This document shows positions 1 through 9,922 of a stretch of DNA of 64,000 nucleotides, piece by piece. The first letter of the stretch is position 1. Each line of letters starts with the position of its first letter. A program made the translations under genes and the position numbers. The stretch comes from Barthelona sp. PCE (Eukaryota), in contig JAUFOR010000004.1 in assembly GCA_040285745.1 (NCBI GenBank), positions 124,001-188,000 of the forward strand, written 5' to 3'. The notes under the pieces were generated by a model. It saw only the letters and a list, made by a program, of their open reading frames with translations. It ran no database searches and had not been told where the DNA came from.

Positions 1-558
1 CCTCCCAAATCTGCACGGCGTAGGAGACTATCAACTCCAATAACACCGGTATTATCACGTAAAGCAGTAATTTCTCGAAATTTGCGAAAAATTGAAGAAA
101 AGCAGATGGATACTCTTATCCCAAGAACACCATCAGTGTGCATTGAATGTGAAAGTCTTAGGGAAGAGCTCAATATCCTTAAAAAAAGGCAGTTGAAGCA
201 ATCCCTTCAATTAAAGGAAAAAGAGGAGGACAATCAGGATCTCCGACTAGATTTACACAATTTACAAGAACAATTTGGTGAATTAGAAAACAAACTGATA
301 AACTTGTGTGATTATATTAAAAGGCAACAAGATCTCAATAACACACATAATTTAACGTCAGACAAGCACTTTTTCTTTCGTATTGAGGAGCTAACCAATA
401 TGATAAATGATAAAGATGAGCATATCTCATCATTGCAACAGGATTTGGATCATCAAGAATCCAAAATTGCATTGTTGACCAATCAACTTAATTCCTTTCG
501 TCAAATGCATGCAACAATTGGATTTCAGGACTTTTCAAAAAATGATGTTTATACATAA
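1..558 (+). CDS. 5'-truncated coiled-coil protein (hypothetical)
   Basis: Frame is open from base 1 (PPKSARRRRLSTP...) to TAA at 556-558; heptad-like L/E/Q/K-rich sequence. The true start lies upstream of the window. Confidence 0.65.
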   Translation, partial: PPKSARRRRLSTPITPVLSRKAVISRNLRKIEEKQMDTLIPRTPSVCIECESLREELNILKKRQLKQSLQLKEKEEDNQDLRLDLHNLQEQFGELENKLINLCDYIKRQQDLNNTHNLTSDKHFFFRIEELTNMINDKDEHISSLQQDLDHQESKIALLTNQLNSFRQMHATIGFQDFSKNDVYT

Positions 559-611
559 AATAGTTCTTAGCTTGTAAATAGAATCAATTCTTTTTTTTCT
601 TCCTTTTCTTC

Positions 612-2591
612 ATGCCTCGACCCAAAATTTATGAAAATGGGCTGACAATTTCTGCATATCCAGAGGGCTTCATTAAATTTTACACTAAAGATGTGATGCA
701 CCCCAATGACAAACTTATAATTTATAAAAGTGACTTTGAGAATGTATCTATTACACATCCGTCATCGTACGTAATGGCTACTGATGTGTCCCGATTCAAT
801 GAGAGTATTCTACAGACCGTTGTTTTTGAATCAGGTTTTTACAGTAATTTTTTCAAGAATGATCTTTCTCAGATCTCTGTTGTCGTTTATTCGGCACTAA
901 ATGATATCAGCAGTAAGATTACACTTGCTTTTAATTTAGAACTTGGTGAGGGATATAAGTTTAGAAGTCTGGTTCTTCTTTCACGGGATTTAGTCGTATA
1001 CCAATATTCAAACTTGGTGGAAGACGGCGTGGCATTTCAAAGGATATCAAGTGGTGAAGTTCATAAGGTTCCTGGATTAAAGATAGTTGAGTACTTTTGT
1101 ATGAAGTCACTTTTTTTTTATGATAGAAATCATGTAATACACGGTTATAATCACAGTAATAACTTGTTTGAAATGGGTGCTGAGCGGTGCATTGACGAGT
1201 TACCGTTCTCTTTCAGACGACATTCCATAGTTCCTGTGGTAAATTCTGATTGCGTCGCATTTGTTCAGAATAATATTGATGGTATTAAGTATCTGAGCTT
1301 CGTGCGGGGATCTGAGGTAATTAATGTGCTGGATGCATTTGACTTGGCTGAAATTAAGTTGAAAAGCGCATTCACGAGCATTGTTGTTGTACAGTTTTCA
1401 GTTGATACTCAGGTGTGTAAGTTGTGTTTCATCTCAAATACATGTGCAATTTTATGGTCTCTTGATGAGGAAGAATCAACGGTGAGTATAGATCTGCCAA
1501 TATGCAGCAATCTCTTGCATTGTGATGAAAAAGTTAATGTGATGCATGGTGTGCATGGTTACAAATTCACACAATTTTGGGGTATTTACAATAAGCAGTC
1601 GATTCACTTTAATTTCTATGACAAAAGCCATATACTTTTAAGTATTGATAGTTTAAATAAGATAAACCAGCGATGGGGGCCGTACATTGTCGAGTATAGG
1701 TTGTCAAACGGTATGTATGCAGTATTTTTTTTAAAAAATGCCTCTGTTCTTCTATTAAATATACATAATTACAGTGAAATTGATGTTATTGATGAGCATA
1801 TAGTCATAAAAGGTATAAGTAGTGTTAATGGTGAATGGGTGCAAATCATCTATACCGTTTATCGTGACGGAACGGTTCAACATAAATTAGCAGGAAGTGT
1901 ACCGGCATCTCAGTTCATATACAAAAGAGTCAACTTGGCACATAGAGTCTTATACAATTTAACATTCTGTGAAGAAATAACTAAACATCTTCCTCGATTC
2001 TCATGCCTTGTGACGAAAGATATGGGTGTTTTCGTCTTTTCAAGAACGTTAATGAAGTACGTTGAGAGGGACATAAACGTTGGTGTGATGTGCAGAATAA
2101 TTGAGTTTGATGGGTTTGAAATTTTTGGGGTTAAGATGGCTCCGTTTACATATGATGCTCATTATCAGTTATTTATTGTTGAAAGAGTTGAAAACAATTG
2201 CATGAGGAATGCTATTTTGGTGTTTGATATGAAAGATATGAAGTTTTGGTTTATATATGATGATGAAGTTCTGAAAGGAAAGACAGAATGGTTGTCAAGT
2301 ACTGTATTTAGATCAAATAATGTACTTTTTTCTGTGGATTTTGGAATAGGTTCAGGTAGAAGGATTAAAGAGCTCGAATCTTCAAGAATTAATTGCAAGG
2401 TTGTTAAAGATAACTTTTTTGGATTTACATATGTTGATGATAGAATATTTCGCATACGAGTCGAGAAATTCGACCCTCAGGCATCTGAAATAGTGGAGAT
2501 TAAGAGAGAAGAAATATTTTTGTCTGACTTCTTATCAACTGCTCAAATTTATCATTTGAACGATTATTGTGATGTATCTGTGCATAAATAG
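612..2591 (+). CDS. Hypothetical 659 aa protein, rich in beta-strand-favouring residues (V/I/F/Y)
   Basis: Long ORF with an ATG after a T-rich tract; no family motif recognised; more AT-rich than its neighbours. Confidence 0.7.
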   Translation: MPRPKIYENGLTISAYPEGFIKFYTKDVMHPNDKLIIYKSDFENVSITHPSSYVMATDVSRFNESILQTVVFESGFYSNFFKNDLSQISVVVYSALNDISSKITLAFNLELGEGYKFRSLVLLSRDLVVYQYSNLVEDGVAFQRISSGEVHKVPGLKIVEYFCMKSLFFYDRNHVIHGYNHSNNLFEMGAERCIDELPFSFRRHSIVPVVNSDCVAFVQNNIDGIKYLSFVRGSEVINVLDAFDLAEIKLKSAFTSIVVVQFSVDTQVCKLCFISNTCAILWSLDEEESTVSIDLPICSNLLHCDEKVNVMHGVHGYKFTQFWGIYNKQSIHFNFYDKSHILLSIDSLNKINQRWGPYIVEYRLSNGMYAVFFLKNASVLLLNIHNYSEIDVIDEHIVIKGISSVNGEWVQIIYTVYRDGTVQHKLAGSVPASQFIYKRVNLAHRVLYNLTFCEEITKHLPRFSCLVTKDMGVFVFSRTLMKYVERDINVGVMCRIIEFDGFEIFGVKMAPFTYDAHYQLFIVERVENNCMRNAILVFDMKDMKFWFIYDDEVLKGKTEWLSSTVFRSNNVLFSVDFGIGSGRRIKELESSRINCKVVKDNFFGFTYVDDRIFRIRVEKFDPQASEIVEIKREEIFLSDFLSTAQIYHLNDYCDVSVHK

Positions 2592-2914
2592 TGTGGTTAC
2601 CATGCTTTTTTTTTCGATTTTTATAAACAGAATTGTTGAGCTCAAACCACGTTTTTAAATTTTTCTTTAGTGCATTAATTTTACTAACTTATGCATTGTT
2701 TTGGATGCTTTAGTACATATAAGAGTGTATTTTAGGTAACACATCGTCAATAAATTAAAGGAACAGATTATTTTTTTGTTTTATTTAGCATTTAAGCATA
2801 AACGGTATATTTGAAATGTGTTACCGGTTTTCTACGAGATAGGATGAAGTCAATAACGTCGTATGTTCTGAAATATGGTTTTACGTACATTTTTGGTTTT
2901 ATCACTTAATTCAC

Positions 2915-5059
2915 ATGACACTCGAAAAAGATATTGATACCTTCCTGAAGGCTACTGGTTACATCATTGTTGGTGCCTCTACTCGTCCCAACTCTGCTGG
3001 TAAGGTTCTTGCTGATCGTTTTCTTGCTTCTTTCCCTGGTAACACTTATCTCGTCAATCCCAGAGGTGGTGAGCTGAACGGTGAGCCCCTGTACAAATCT
3101 ATTGATGAGATCCCTGCTGAAGCCGAGGCTCAAGCTGCTGTTCTTGTTGTTGCTGCCAAGTACACTCTTGACAGTGTCAAGGCTTTGATTGCCCGTGGTG
3201 TCACCCACTTCATTGTTATCAGTGGTGGTTTCGCCGAGGCAGGTCCTGAGGGTGTTGAGTACCAAAACCAACTTGTCGAACTCGTTGAGGAGCACGGTAT
3301 TACCATCATCGGTCCCAACACCGTTGGTGTCTACAGCCCCAAGTATGGTGTCGATACCGTCTTCCTTCCTGAGGATAAGCTCGATCGTCCCCCGGATGGC
3401 AAGGTTGCTTTCTTCAGCCAGTCAGGTGCTCTTGTCGCTTGTTTGATGAACCACCCCACCATCCAGGCCACTGGTGTTTCTAAGATTCTGTCTCTTGGTA
3501 ACTCATGTGATGTCTCCGAGGTTAACGCACTTCAGTACCTTGAGGAAGATGATGATACCGAAGTTATCCTTGCTTATCTCGAAGGTTTCCACCACGGTCC
3601 TGAGTTCTTCAAGCAGTTGCGCCACCTCACCAAGGTCAAGCCTTTCGTCTGTATCAAGTCCAACCGTACTGCTGCAGGTGCCCAAGCTTCCGCCTCACAC
3701 TCTGCTTCTGTTGCTGCCAACGATGCTGTCTGTGACTACCTCCTCAAGGTCTCTGGTGCTGTGCGTTGTGATTCATGGACTGAGCTCTTTGATACCACCG
3801 ATGCCATGCTTTACCAACCCATTCCTAAGGGTAAGAACATTGCTATCGTCACCAACGGTGGTGGTATCGGTGTTTGCTGCACTGATCAACTTGATCTTTC
3901 TGGCCTCAACCTCGCCAAGCTCGACATTACTGCACAAGAGTACATTGATTACAAGAAGACAATCCCTCACCACTATATCTGTCCCGAGCAGGGCCCCGTC
4001 GATCTGACTGGTTCATGTAACGTCGATGATTACGTTGGCGCTCTCGACATGGTCCTCAAGAACCCTGGTGTTGATGGTGTTATTTTGATCTGTCTGACAT
4101 GTGTTCCCAATATTGACCCCCACGAGTTCGTTGAGAAGATCTCCACCCAATTCAAGGGTAACGAGAAGCCTATCGTTACCGTGTGTCTCGGTGGTAAGAC
4201 TGATCACATTGTTTTCGAGGGTCTCTCCAAGGAGGGTATGCCCGTTTACGAAAGCGAAGAGCGTTCTGTCAAGGCCATGATGCGTATGTGTCAATACGGT
4301 GAGTACCTCCAACTCGAGGAGAAGCTCGCCAAGGAAGGAGAGACTGAGATCGTCCTTCCCCCCAAGAACGATGCCATTCAGGCTATTCTTGACAACGCCA
4401 AGGAAGAGGGCCGTACTTCTCTCCTTGAGCCTGAGGCCGCTGAGGTCTTCCGCCAAATGGGTATCCCTACCGCCCCCTCCAAATTTGTTCAGACCGCTGA
4501 CGAGGCCGTCTCTGCTTGGAAGGAGCTTGGTGGTGAAGGTACCAAGGTTGTTATGAAGCTTGTCTCACCCCAGGTCATCCACAAGACAGATGAAGGCGCC
4601 GTCTTTGTCGGTCTCAAGACAGAGGAGGAGATCCGTGAAACCGCTGAGCACCTCATCAACAAGTTCAAGGACCGCGATTTCCGTGGTTTACTTGTTAACT
4701 CTTTCGTTCCCCAGGGTATGGAGATGCTCGTCGGTGCAGTCTTCCCTCTTGAGCCTTTTGGCAACCAGGTCCTCGTATCCGTTGGTGGTACCTTCGTTGA
4801 GGTCCTACCTGATAATGGTCGTTTCGCAATGGCTCCTTGCACTCGTGCTGATGCCCGTCGTATGATTGATGAGCTCCCCTACCAACAGATTCTTAATGGT
4901 TACCGTGGTGCCCCTGCTGCTGATCGCGATGGTCTCAGCGACATCATCACTAAGGTTTCCTTCCTTGCCGAGTACCCTGAGATTAAGGAGGTTGATATCA
5001 ACCCTATTATCTTCTATGAAGGTGGTTACTGTGCTGTTGATGCCCGTATCATTCTGTAA
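2915..5059 (+). CDS. ADP-forming acetyl-CoA synthetase (acetate-CoA ligase, ADP-forming), fused alpha-beta type
   Basis: CoA-binding motifs IVGAS/VNP/IIGPNTVG, SQSGAL, SLGN, YLEG; phospho-His loop KSNRTAAGAQASASHSA; TNGGGIG; C-terminal ATP-grasp LLEPEA..MGIP, MKLVSPQVIHKTDEGAV, DINPI. Strong codon bias suggests high expression. Confidence 0.95.
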   Translation: MTLEKDIDTFLKATGYIIVGASTRPNSAGKVLADRFLASFPGNTYLVNPRGGELNGEPLYKSIDEIPAEAEAQAAVLVVAAKYTLDSVKALIARGVTHFIVISGGFAEAGPEGVEYQNQLVELVEEHGITIIGPNTVGVYSPKYGVDTVFLPEDKLDRPPDGKVAFFSQSGALVACLMNHPTIQATGVSKILSLGNSCDVSEVNALQYLEEDDDTEVILAYLEGFHHGPEFFKQLRHLTKVKPFVCIKSNRTAAGAQASASHSASVAANDAVCDYLLKVSGAVRCDSWTELFDTTDAMLYQPIPKGKNIAIVTNGGGIGVCCTDQLDLSGLNLAKLDITAQEYIDYKKTIPHHYICPEQGPVDLTGSCNVDDYVGALDMVLKNPGVDGVILICLTCVPNIDPHEFVEKISTQFKGNEKPIVTVCLGGKTDHIVFEGLSKEGMPVYESEERSVKAMMRMCQYGEYLQLEEKLAKEGETEIVLPPKNDAIQAILDNAKEEGRTSLLEPEAAEVFRQMGIPTAPSKFVQTADEAVSAWKELGGEGTKVVMKLVSPQVIHKTDEGAVFVGLKTEEEIRETAEHLINKFKDRDFRGLLVNSFVPQGMEMLVGAVFPLEPFGNQVLVSVGGTFVEVLPDNGRFAMAPCTRADARRMIDELPYQQILNGYRGAPAADRDGLSDIITKVSFLAEYPEIKEVDINPIIFYEGGYCAVDARIIL

Positions 5060-5128
5060 GTCAATGATAGTAAACTTAGTTTGTTTTTCACATTTTTTTG
5101 TTTGTTAAAACTTTTTTCTTTTATATCA

Positions 5129-6085
5129 ATGAGAGAACTTATCGTTACAGTCAAGGACTTTGAGCAACTTGCTTCATATCAGCAGTTCCATACACAATGC
5201 TCCTTCAGAATTAACTCATCGCATATTTCACATGCTCAATTGGATTCTTTTCTCTCCAACTATAACAGCACCGAAACCTTAAAGGACTCTCCGGTTTATA
5301 TTGATCTTCAGGGGGCAAAAATGCGTTTAGGTTTTAACCAGGCTGAAATCGACATCGCAGAGGGTGAAGTAGTTGCAATTACAACTGTGGACGAGGTTAC
5401 CACAGACAAAGTGATCATCATTGATGAACGTGCAGTGTCTTTCTTGAAACAAGGCACAGTTTTATCAATACATGATGGTAGAATGATTGTTGAGGTTGTG
5501 GGCCAGAACAGTGTTAGGGTTCTCAAGGGAGGCCGTGTCGAGCGCCGCAAGGGCATTAACTTCCAACCACATCCCAATGTTCCTATTGCATTGAGTCAAC
5601 GTGATATTGAATTTATTGGTATTTGTAAGCAATATCTTGCCTCTAACGATAATATCCGTCTCGCCCTATCATTTTCTACAGACAAAATTCAGCTTGATGA
5701 GATTAAGGAGCTCATTGACTGTCATATTTGCGTAAAGATTGAGAAGGATCTTTCTATGGAGAAATATACTGAACTTCTTAATAATTCAGATTCCGCTTGG
5801 ATCTGCAGAGGAGACCTTGGTGCTCAAATGGGTCTCAAAGATATGCCAAAATTCATCTATGATGTTGCTTTTGAGACTGCTCGTTCAGGCAAATATCATT
5901 TTGTGATGGCTGGTGAGGTTCTTGATGGGTGCTCATTTGTGGGGCACCCTAGCCGTACTGAGATATGTCACCTTTATAACCTCAAGATGAACGGTTTTAA
6001 TGGTATGGTTTTAAGTAATGAAACGGTTTATGCACCCAAACCTATGGAAACAATTAGAGCCTCAATTGAACATTTTATTGAATAA
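5129..6085 (+). CDS. Pyruvate kinase-like protein (barrel plus B domain only, 318 aa, no C-terminal regulatory domain)
   Basis: Ordered PK motifs RINSSH, DLQGAKMR, KGIN, ALSF, VKIE, CRGDLG, AGEVLD, PSRTE, VLSNET. First ATG is at 5129; the track start at 5081 is a TTG. Confidence 0.8.
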   Translation: MRELIVTVKDFEQLASYQQFHTQCSFRINSSHISHAQLDSFLSNYNSTETLKDSPVYIDLQGAKMRLGFNQAEIDIAEGEVVAITTVDEVTTDKVIIIDERAVSFLKQGTVLSIHDGRMIVEVVGQNSVRVLKGGRVERRKGINFQPHPNVPIALSQRDIEFIGICKQYLASNDNIRLALSFSTDKIQLDEIKELIDCHICVKIEKDLSMEKYTELLNNSDSAWICRGDLGAQMGLKDMPKFIYDVAFETARSGKYHFVMAGEVLDGCSFVGHPSRTEICHLYNLKMNGFNGMVLSNETVYAPKPMETIRASIEHFIE

Positions 6086-7925
6086 ATTCATCCTTCGTCT
6101 TTGAATGATCCGCTAATCCACGTTCGATTTCTTCCAACGTTCTGTTCGTTAACGGTTCAGGTTCCTTACCTTCAATGTTCTTCTTTAGTTGGGAATATAC
6201 AGATACAGTGATAGCCCTCTGGTTTCGGGTGATGTGCTTCTTGATCTTGAACTTATCCAGTTCAGGGTAGAGCATGGACTCCAGCAAGTTCTTTGATGTG
6301 ACTTCAGGTTCGACGTAACGTTCTGTAAGAAGTGCGTTCACCAGACGGTTTACCTTAACATGTGCGGAACGACGATGTACATCCAGCTCACGCTCCTTCA
6401 TTGCCTTGAACTCCGCCTGATCTAGGAATGCCTTGACTCTACGCTCAGTCTCCACCTCCTCCAGCTTGTGACGTTCTGCCTCGGCTTCTGCGATGAGATT
6501 CATGAATTCGCGCTGATGGTTGTGTCTGATAAGCTCCTTTGTTAGGAAGTCGAGTGCTTTACCTACAACCTCACCAGTAACTTCATCAACAGCCATGTTT
6601 TGCAACTTCTCCTTAATCTCCTGCAACTTACGCTTCTGTGTCTCGTCCTGGATATGCTTTTCTACCGAAGAGATCTTCTGCAATGTTCCAAGTTCTTTCA
6701 TGAGTGATGAACGGGAGACCAGTTCATCAATGAGCGCATCCTGGACCATGCGGCCACGCGCCAGGCTTTGTAATCGATAGACAGCGTCGGTGACACCCTT
6801 GTTGGTCATATCAGCCAGAGCATCTACGATGGGGGTCTGAGGGCGCTCCAATAGTGAAATGGCAGCTTCGGGGATACGCAGCAATTTAGCACGGCGAGTG
6901 CGCTCATCTAGGGCCGCTTCAGCCTCATCAACAGCCTTATCATTGGCAGAGATGACAGAAACACGGCGTAGAGATGATAAGTACTTCTTTTCTTCACGTT
7001 TGATGTTTGGAAGCTGTGGCTTGGTTACAACAATCTCCTCTCTCAACAAGTCGTCAATCTCATTCAGGCGGTCTATCGTCATTAGGCTATCGACGTTGAT
7101 AGCGCTTGACTGCTGACTGAAACCATCACGCAGCTTCGGGGCGTATAACTTTGAAGAGTAGTCGGCGTAGTCTTGTACAATATCGCCTCTGCTATTCTCG
7201 CCCTGTTGTAATGTGCGAAGCTTCTTGTCGGTAACTTGCTTGTTCGCAACGAGTCTGCGCAATGTCTGAACTCTCCTTCTGTGCAACCTCTCTATCGTTC
7301 CTTCATCTTTTGTTGTACGCATTGTACGGATGTGCTGGAGGTGGCGTGTTTGCATCTCCTTTCGGCGCACATCCTCACCCTTCAGTGCGTCGATGATTTC
7401 TTCCAATTTTTTGTCTTGGATAGATTTGAGCTCAGCTTCGCGATTCTCCCATTGACGCATGTCCTCCTCTCCCAATAAGCGAACTCGTAGGTCGAAGTTC
7501 TCCTTCGTGTCGGCCTTGGGCAACGCCTCCTCAAAATTCTTCCGTTCACGATCAGCTAGGATACTCTCAATCTCAGGTAACCCTGCTGGAAGACCGTTAC
7601 CCCATGTAAGACGTGTGAGAGACAGGATCTCAGGTTCGGTCTCGCCATCGCGAATTACATAATCGGGATCAAAAGGATCAGTTTGAGTTTCTGAATCACG
7701 GTATAATGTTTGAACACCTACATCCCTTGTTGGGTGAAGGATCTCCTCCTCATGCTTGCTCGGCTCAAGCGGTTTTGTTCCGTCTTGAGCTGGTTCAAGC
7801 AAAATACCACGAGAAACTGGAACTAAATAGGGTAGTTGCGGCCTTCTATGAAACATATACCTGTGTTGCCCGTGGACGTCTACCGTCCTCTGATACTGAC
7901 GTGTTACTGTAACAGTTTGTGACAT
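6075..7925 (-). CDS. CFAP91: Cilia- and flagella-associated protein 91 (MAATS1/CaM-IP2 family)
   Basis: Signature VQTLYRDSETQTDPFDPDY...PEILSLTRLTWGNGLPAGLPE, IQ-like LQSLARGR and long coiled coils. Start chosen at ATG 7925; an upstream in-frame ATG exists at 7994. Confidence 0.85.
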   Translation of the reverse strand: MSQTVTVTRQYQRTVDVHGQHRYMFHRRPQLPYLVPVSRGILLEPAQDGTKPLEPSKHEEEILHPTRDVGVQTLYRDSETQTDPFDPDYVIRDGETEPEILSLTRLTWGNGLPAGLPEIESILADRERKNFEEALPKADTKENFDLRVRLLGEEDMRQWENREAELKSIQDKKLEEIIDALKGEDVRRKEMQTRHLQHIRTMRTTKDEGTIERLHRRRVQTLRRLVANKQVTDKKLRTLQQGENSRGDIVQDYADYSSKLYAPKLRDGFSQQSSAINVDSLMTIDRLNEIDDLLREEIVVTKPQLPNIKREEKKYLSSLRRVSVISANDKAVDEAEAALDERTRRAKLLRIPEAAISLLERPQTPIVDALADMTNKGVTDAVYRLQSLARGRMVQDALIDELVSRSSLMKELGTLQKISSVEKHIQDETQKRKLQEIKEKLQNMAVDEVTGEVVGKALDFLTKELIRHNHQREFMNLIAEAEAERHKLEEVETERRVKAFLDQAEFKAMKERELDVHRRSAHVKVNRLVNALLTERYVEPEVTSKNLLESMLYPELDKFKIKKHITRNQRAITVSVYSQLKKNIEGKEPEPLTNRTLEEIERGLADHSKTKDEFIQ

Positions 7926-8078
7926 ACAGTTTAAGAAAAAGTGAAAGAAGGTTAAAACAGCAAAATTTGCATTTTTACAAGGGTTAGGGGACATTTACTT
8001 CCAAATAAGGGGTGATAGTCATGTAAATATGTAAAAGTCGGCAAAAAGTGGCGTTTTTTTGTTTTTCTTTGTATTTTG

Positions 8079-9065
8079 ATGAGTCAGAGAGAGAAGGGCA
8101 TAAAGATCTGTCTCGTAGGCCCTCGGAGTGGTAAAACAGCATTCATACATTCCATCTTAGCACATTATTGCCATGAAAGATTTGTTGATGTAGATTTAGA
8201 CAATTACAAGCCAACAAGGGGTTATAAACTTTATTGTTTTGACAAATGGGCCACATCAAAGCAGTCGTACTTTATTAGATTCTTTGATATTGGGAGTTCT
8301 CAAATTTCTTCCCCATATATTCAGGGAGTATTTTCTTCCGTAGATATAATTCTTCTGTTCTTTGACGTCAAGTACGATAATTGCGATGAGGAGATGCATC
8401 AATGGCGACAAGTGCTAAGCAGGCATGTTTCACGACAGACTCCAATATTTCTATTATCAACACAATCGACTCTGGGAAACCGGGAAGACGTTGAACACGC
8501 TTTGATTGCGAACGAAATGAAGGATTTAGAGTTTGTGGAATTCTTTGAGCTACCGGATGTAATGAATATTCTGCGTGCAGAACTCGAGGGGTCAGCTGGC
8601 CGCAATGTTTGTGTGGAAACACTACGGCACATCATGCGCCTGTACCATCTGAGCGAAGGCAGGCGACCGAGAAAGAAAAAAAATTTCCTGAAGAGACAGC
8701 GTTCCTTTGTCATGGCGGATGAACAGATTGTTGCCCCTATGCTTGATACTGATGCAGACGAAACACTCGAAGCCATGCGGGACGCGGTCTTTTCAAAGTG
8801 CACCGTTGATGACAGCATCGAAATTTCAAAAATTTTAGATACAATGACCAACGATGAAACGGAAGAGTGGTGGATTCGGAGGCAGATGAAGCGTCTCGAG
8901 CACACCCTATCATTGTGCGAGAGCCTCAGCACAAGTGTGACCCAACAGGATGTTTCTGTTGAGCCAGCAAACGTACCGAGAGAATCAACAGAGTTTGACG
9001 AAGTGGGATCATTCTCTCTTGGCACTGCTCGTATGTCATTGAGCAATCTCAGCGTTGTGAGTTAG
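8079..9065 (+). CDS. Divergent Ras/Rab-superfamily GTPase-like protein with C-terminal extension
   Basis: KICLVGPRSGKT (shortened P-loop), YKPTRG (G2-like), FFDIG (G3-like), IILLFFDV; G4 degenerate; basic stretch RRPRKKK. Confidence 0.65.
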   Translation: MSQREKGIKICLVGPRSGKTAFIHSILAHYCHERFVDVDLDNYKPTRGYKLYCFDKWATSKQSYFIRFFDIGSSQISSPYIQGVFSSVDIILLFFDVKYDNCDEEMHQWRQVLSRHVSRQTPIFLLSTQSTLGNREDVEHALIANEMKDLEFVEFFELPDVMNILRAELEGSAGRNVCVETLRHIMRLYHLSEGRRPRKKKNFLKRQRSFVMADEQIVAPMLDTDADETLEAMRDAVFSKCTVDDSIEISKILDTMTNDETEEWWIRRQMKRLEHTLSLCESLSTSVTQQDVSVEPANVPRESTEFDEVGSFSLGTARMSLSNLSVVS

Positions 9066-9794
9066 TGAAACATCAAAATCGAACTTTTTAATGTATGATA
9101 ACCATGGCTCAGTGCATGTTGGAAATATGCGCTGATGTTTCTTTGGTTTATCGAACTTAACTCTCTTTCTATCCTCCAGTTCAATCGAAGAAGGCATTAC
9201 AGGTGGAGACTGTGGGAGATCGATGGAGTCATCCAGAATTTCCAGTCTGTCAATGAGTTCAAATATTGTTTGTTCATCATCTTCTTCATCATCACTGTAA
9301 TCAATAAGAGGCTTGAACGAAGGAGGGCTGCGCTTGGCATTTATATTGGGTGATATCTTGTTTGGAGATATTTCATCTAGTTTCTCAGAACACTCTGAGA
9401 ATTGCACAGCAGCTACTGTTGAATCAAGAGCTTTTTCAACAATTTCAGGTTCAAGAGAACGTGGTATCATTGATGCTATTGGTGTAGGTTTATCGTTGTC
9501 AGTGTTGTTGGAAACTTCAACAACAAGAACTTTTTTTCTCTTTTTTAAAATTTTTTTCGGCTTTCTTTTAACAACAGATTTCAGTAAAAGTGTCATGTCA
9601 AACGGATTACTCTCATTATACGGGATACTAGATCGTCTAACAGTTCTTTTTTTGGTTTCTTCAGTTCTTTGATGATTTTTTGAGACTGAAATACTGTTAG
9701 TGTGCATTATTTCTGGTCTAGGCATGACTTTAACCCTTCTTCCTCTTTTATAAAAGTTAGAATAGAATCGTCTGAAAGCAGGTTTTTCATACAC
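9036..9794 (-). CDS. Hypothetical low-complexity protein (K/S/P/D-rich); start uncertain
   Basis: 252-codon ORF filling the gap between two genes. Track start is GTG; first in-frame ATG is at 9725. Confidence 0.5.
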   Translation of the reverse strand: MYEKPAFRRFYSNFYKRGRRVKVMPRPEIMHTNSISVSKNHQRTEETKKRTVRRSSIPYNESNPFDMTLLLKSVVKRKPKKILKKRKKVLVVEVSNNTDNDKPTPIASMIPRSLEPEIVEKALDSTVAAVQFSECSEKLDEISPNKISPNINAKRSPPSFKPLIDYSDDEEDDEQTIFELIDRLEILDDSIDLPQSPPVMPSSIELEDRKRVKFDKPKKHQRIFPTCTEPWLSYIKKFDFDVSLTHNAEIAQ

Positions 9795-9922
9795 TCTTCT
9801 GCAAAGAATTAGTTGTCAGTCTTCGACGCATATATGTAGTTATAAAGTCCACAGGTTAAGTTAAACAATATTCAAGTTTAAGAAAAGTGTTTTTCGAAAC
9901 AACAGGTTTTTCACTGCAAAAA

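Noticed and set aside
2861-2914. GTATGTT donor-like motif upstream of the acetyl-CoA synthetase ATG
   Set aside because: No ACTAAC...AG acceptor before the ATG, so no intron can be supported.
2906-5108. Overlapping alternative-frame and antisense ORFs inside the acetyl-CoA synthetase gene (similarly within CFAP91, ELAPOR-like and others)
   Set aside because: Shadow ORFs of strongly biased coding sequence; no independent evidence.
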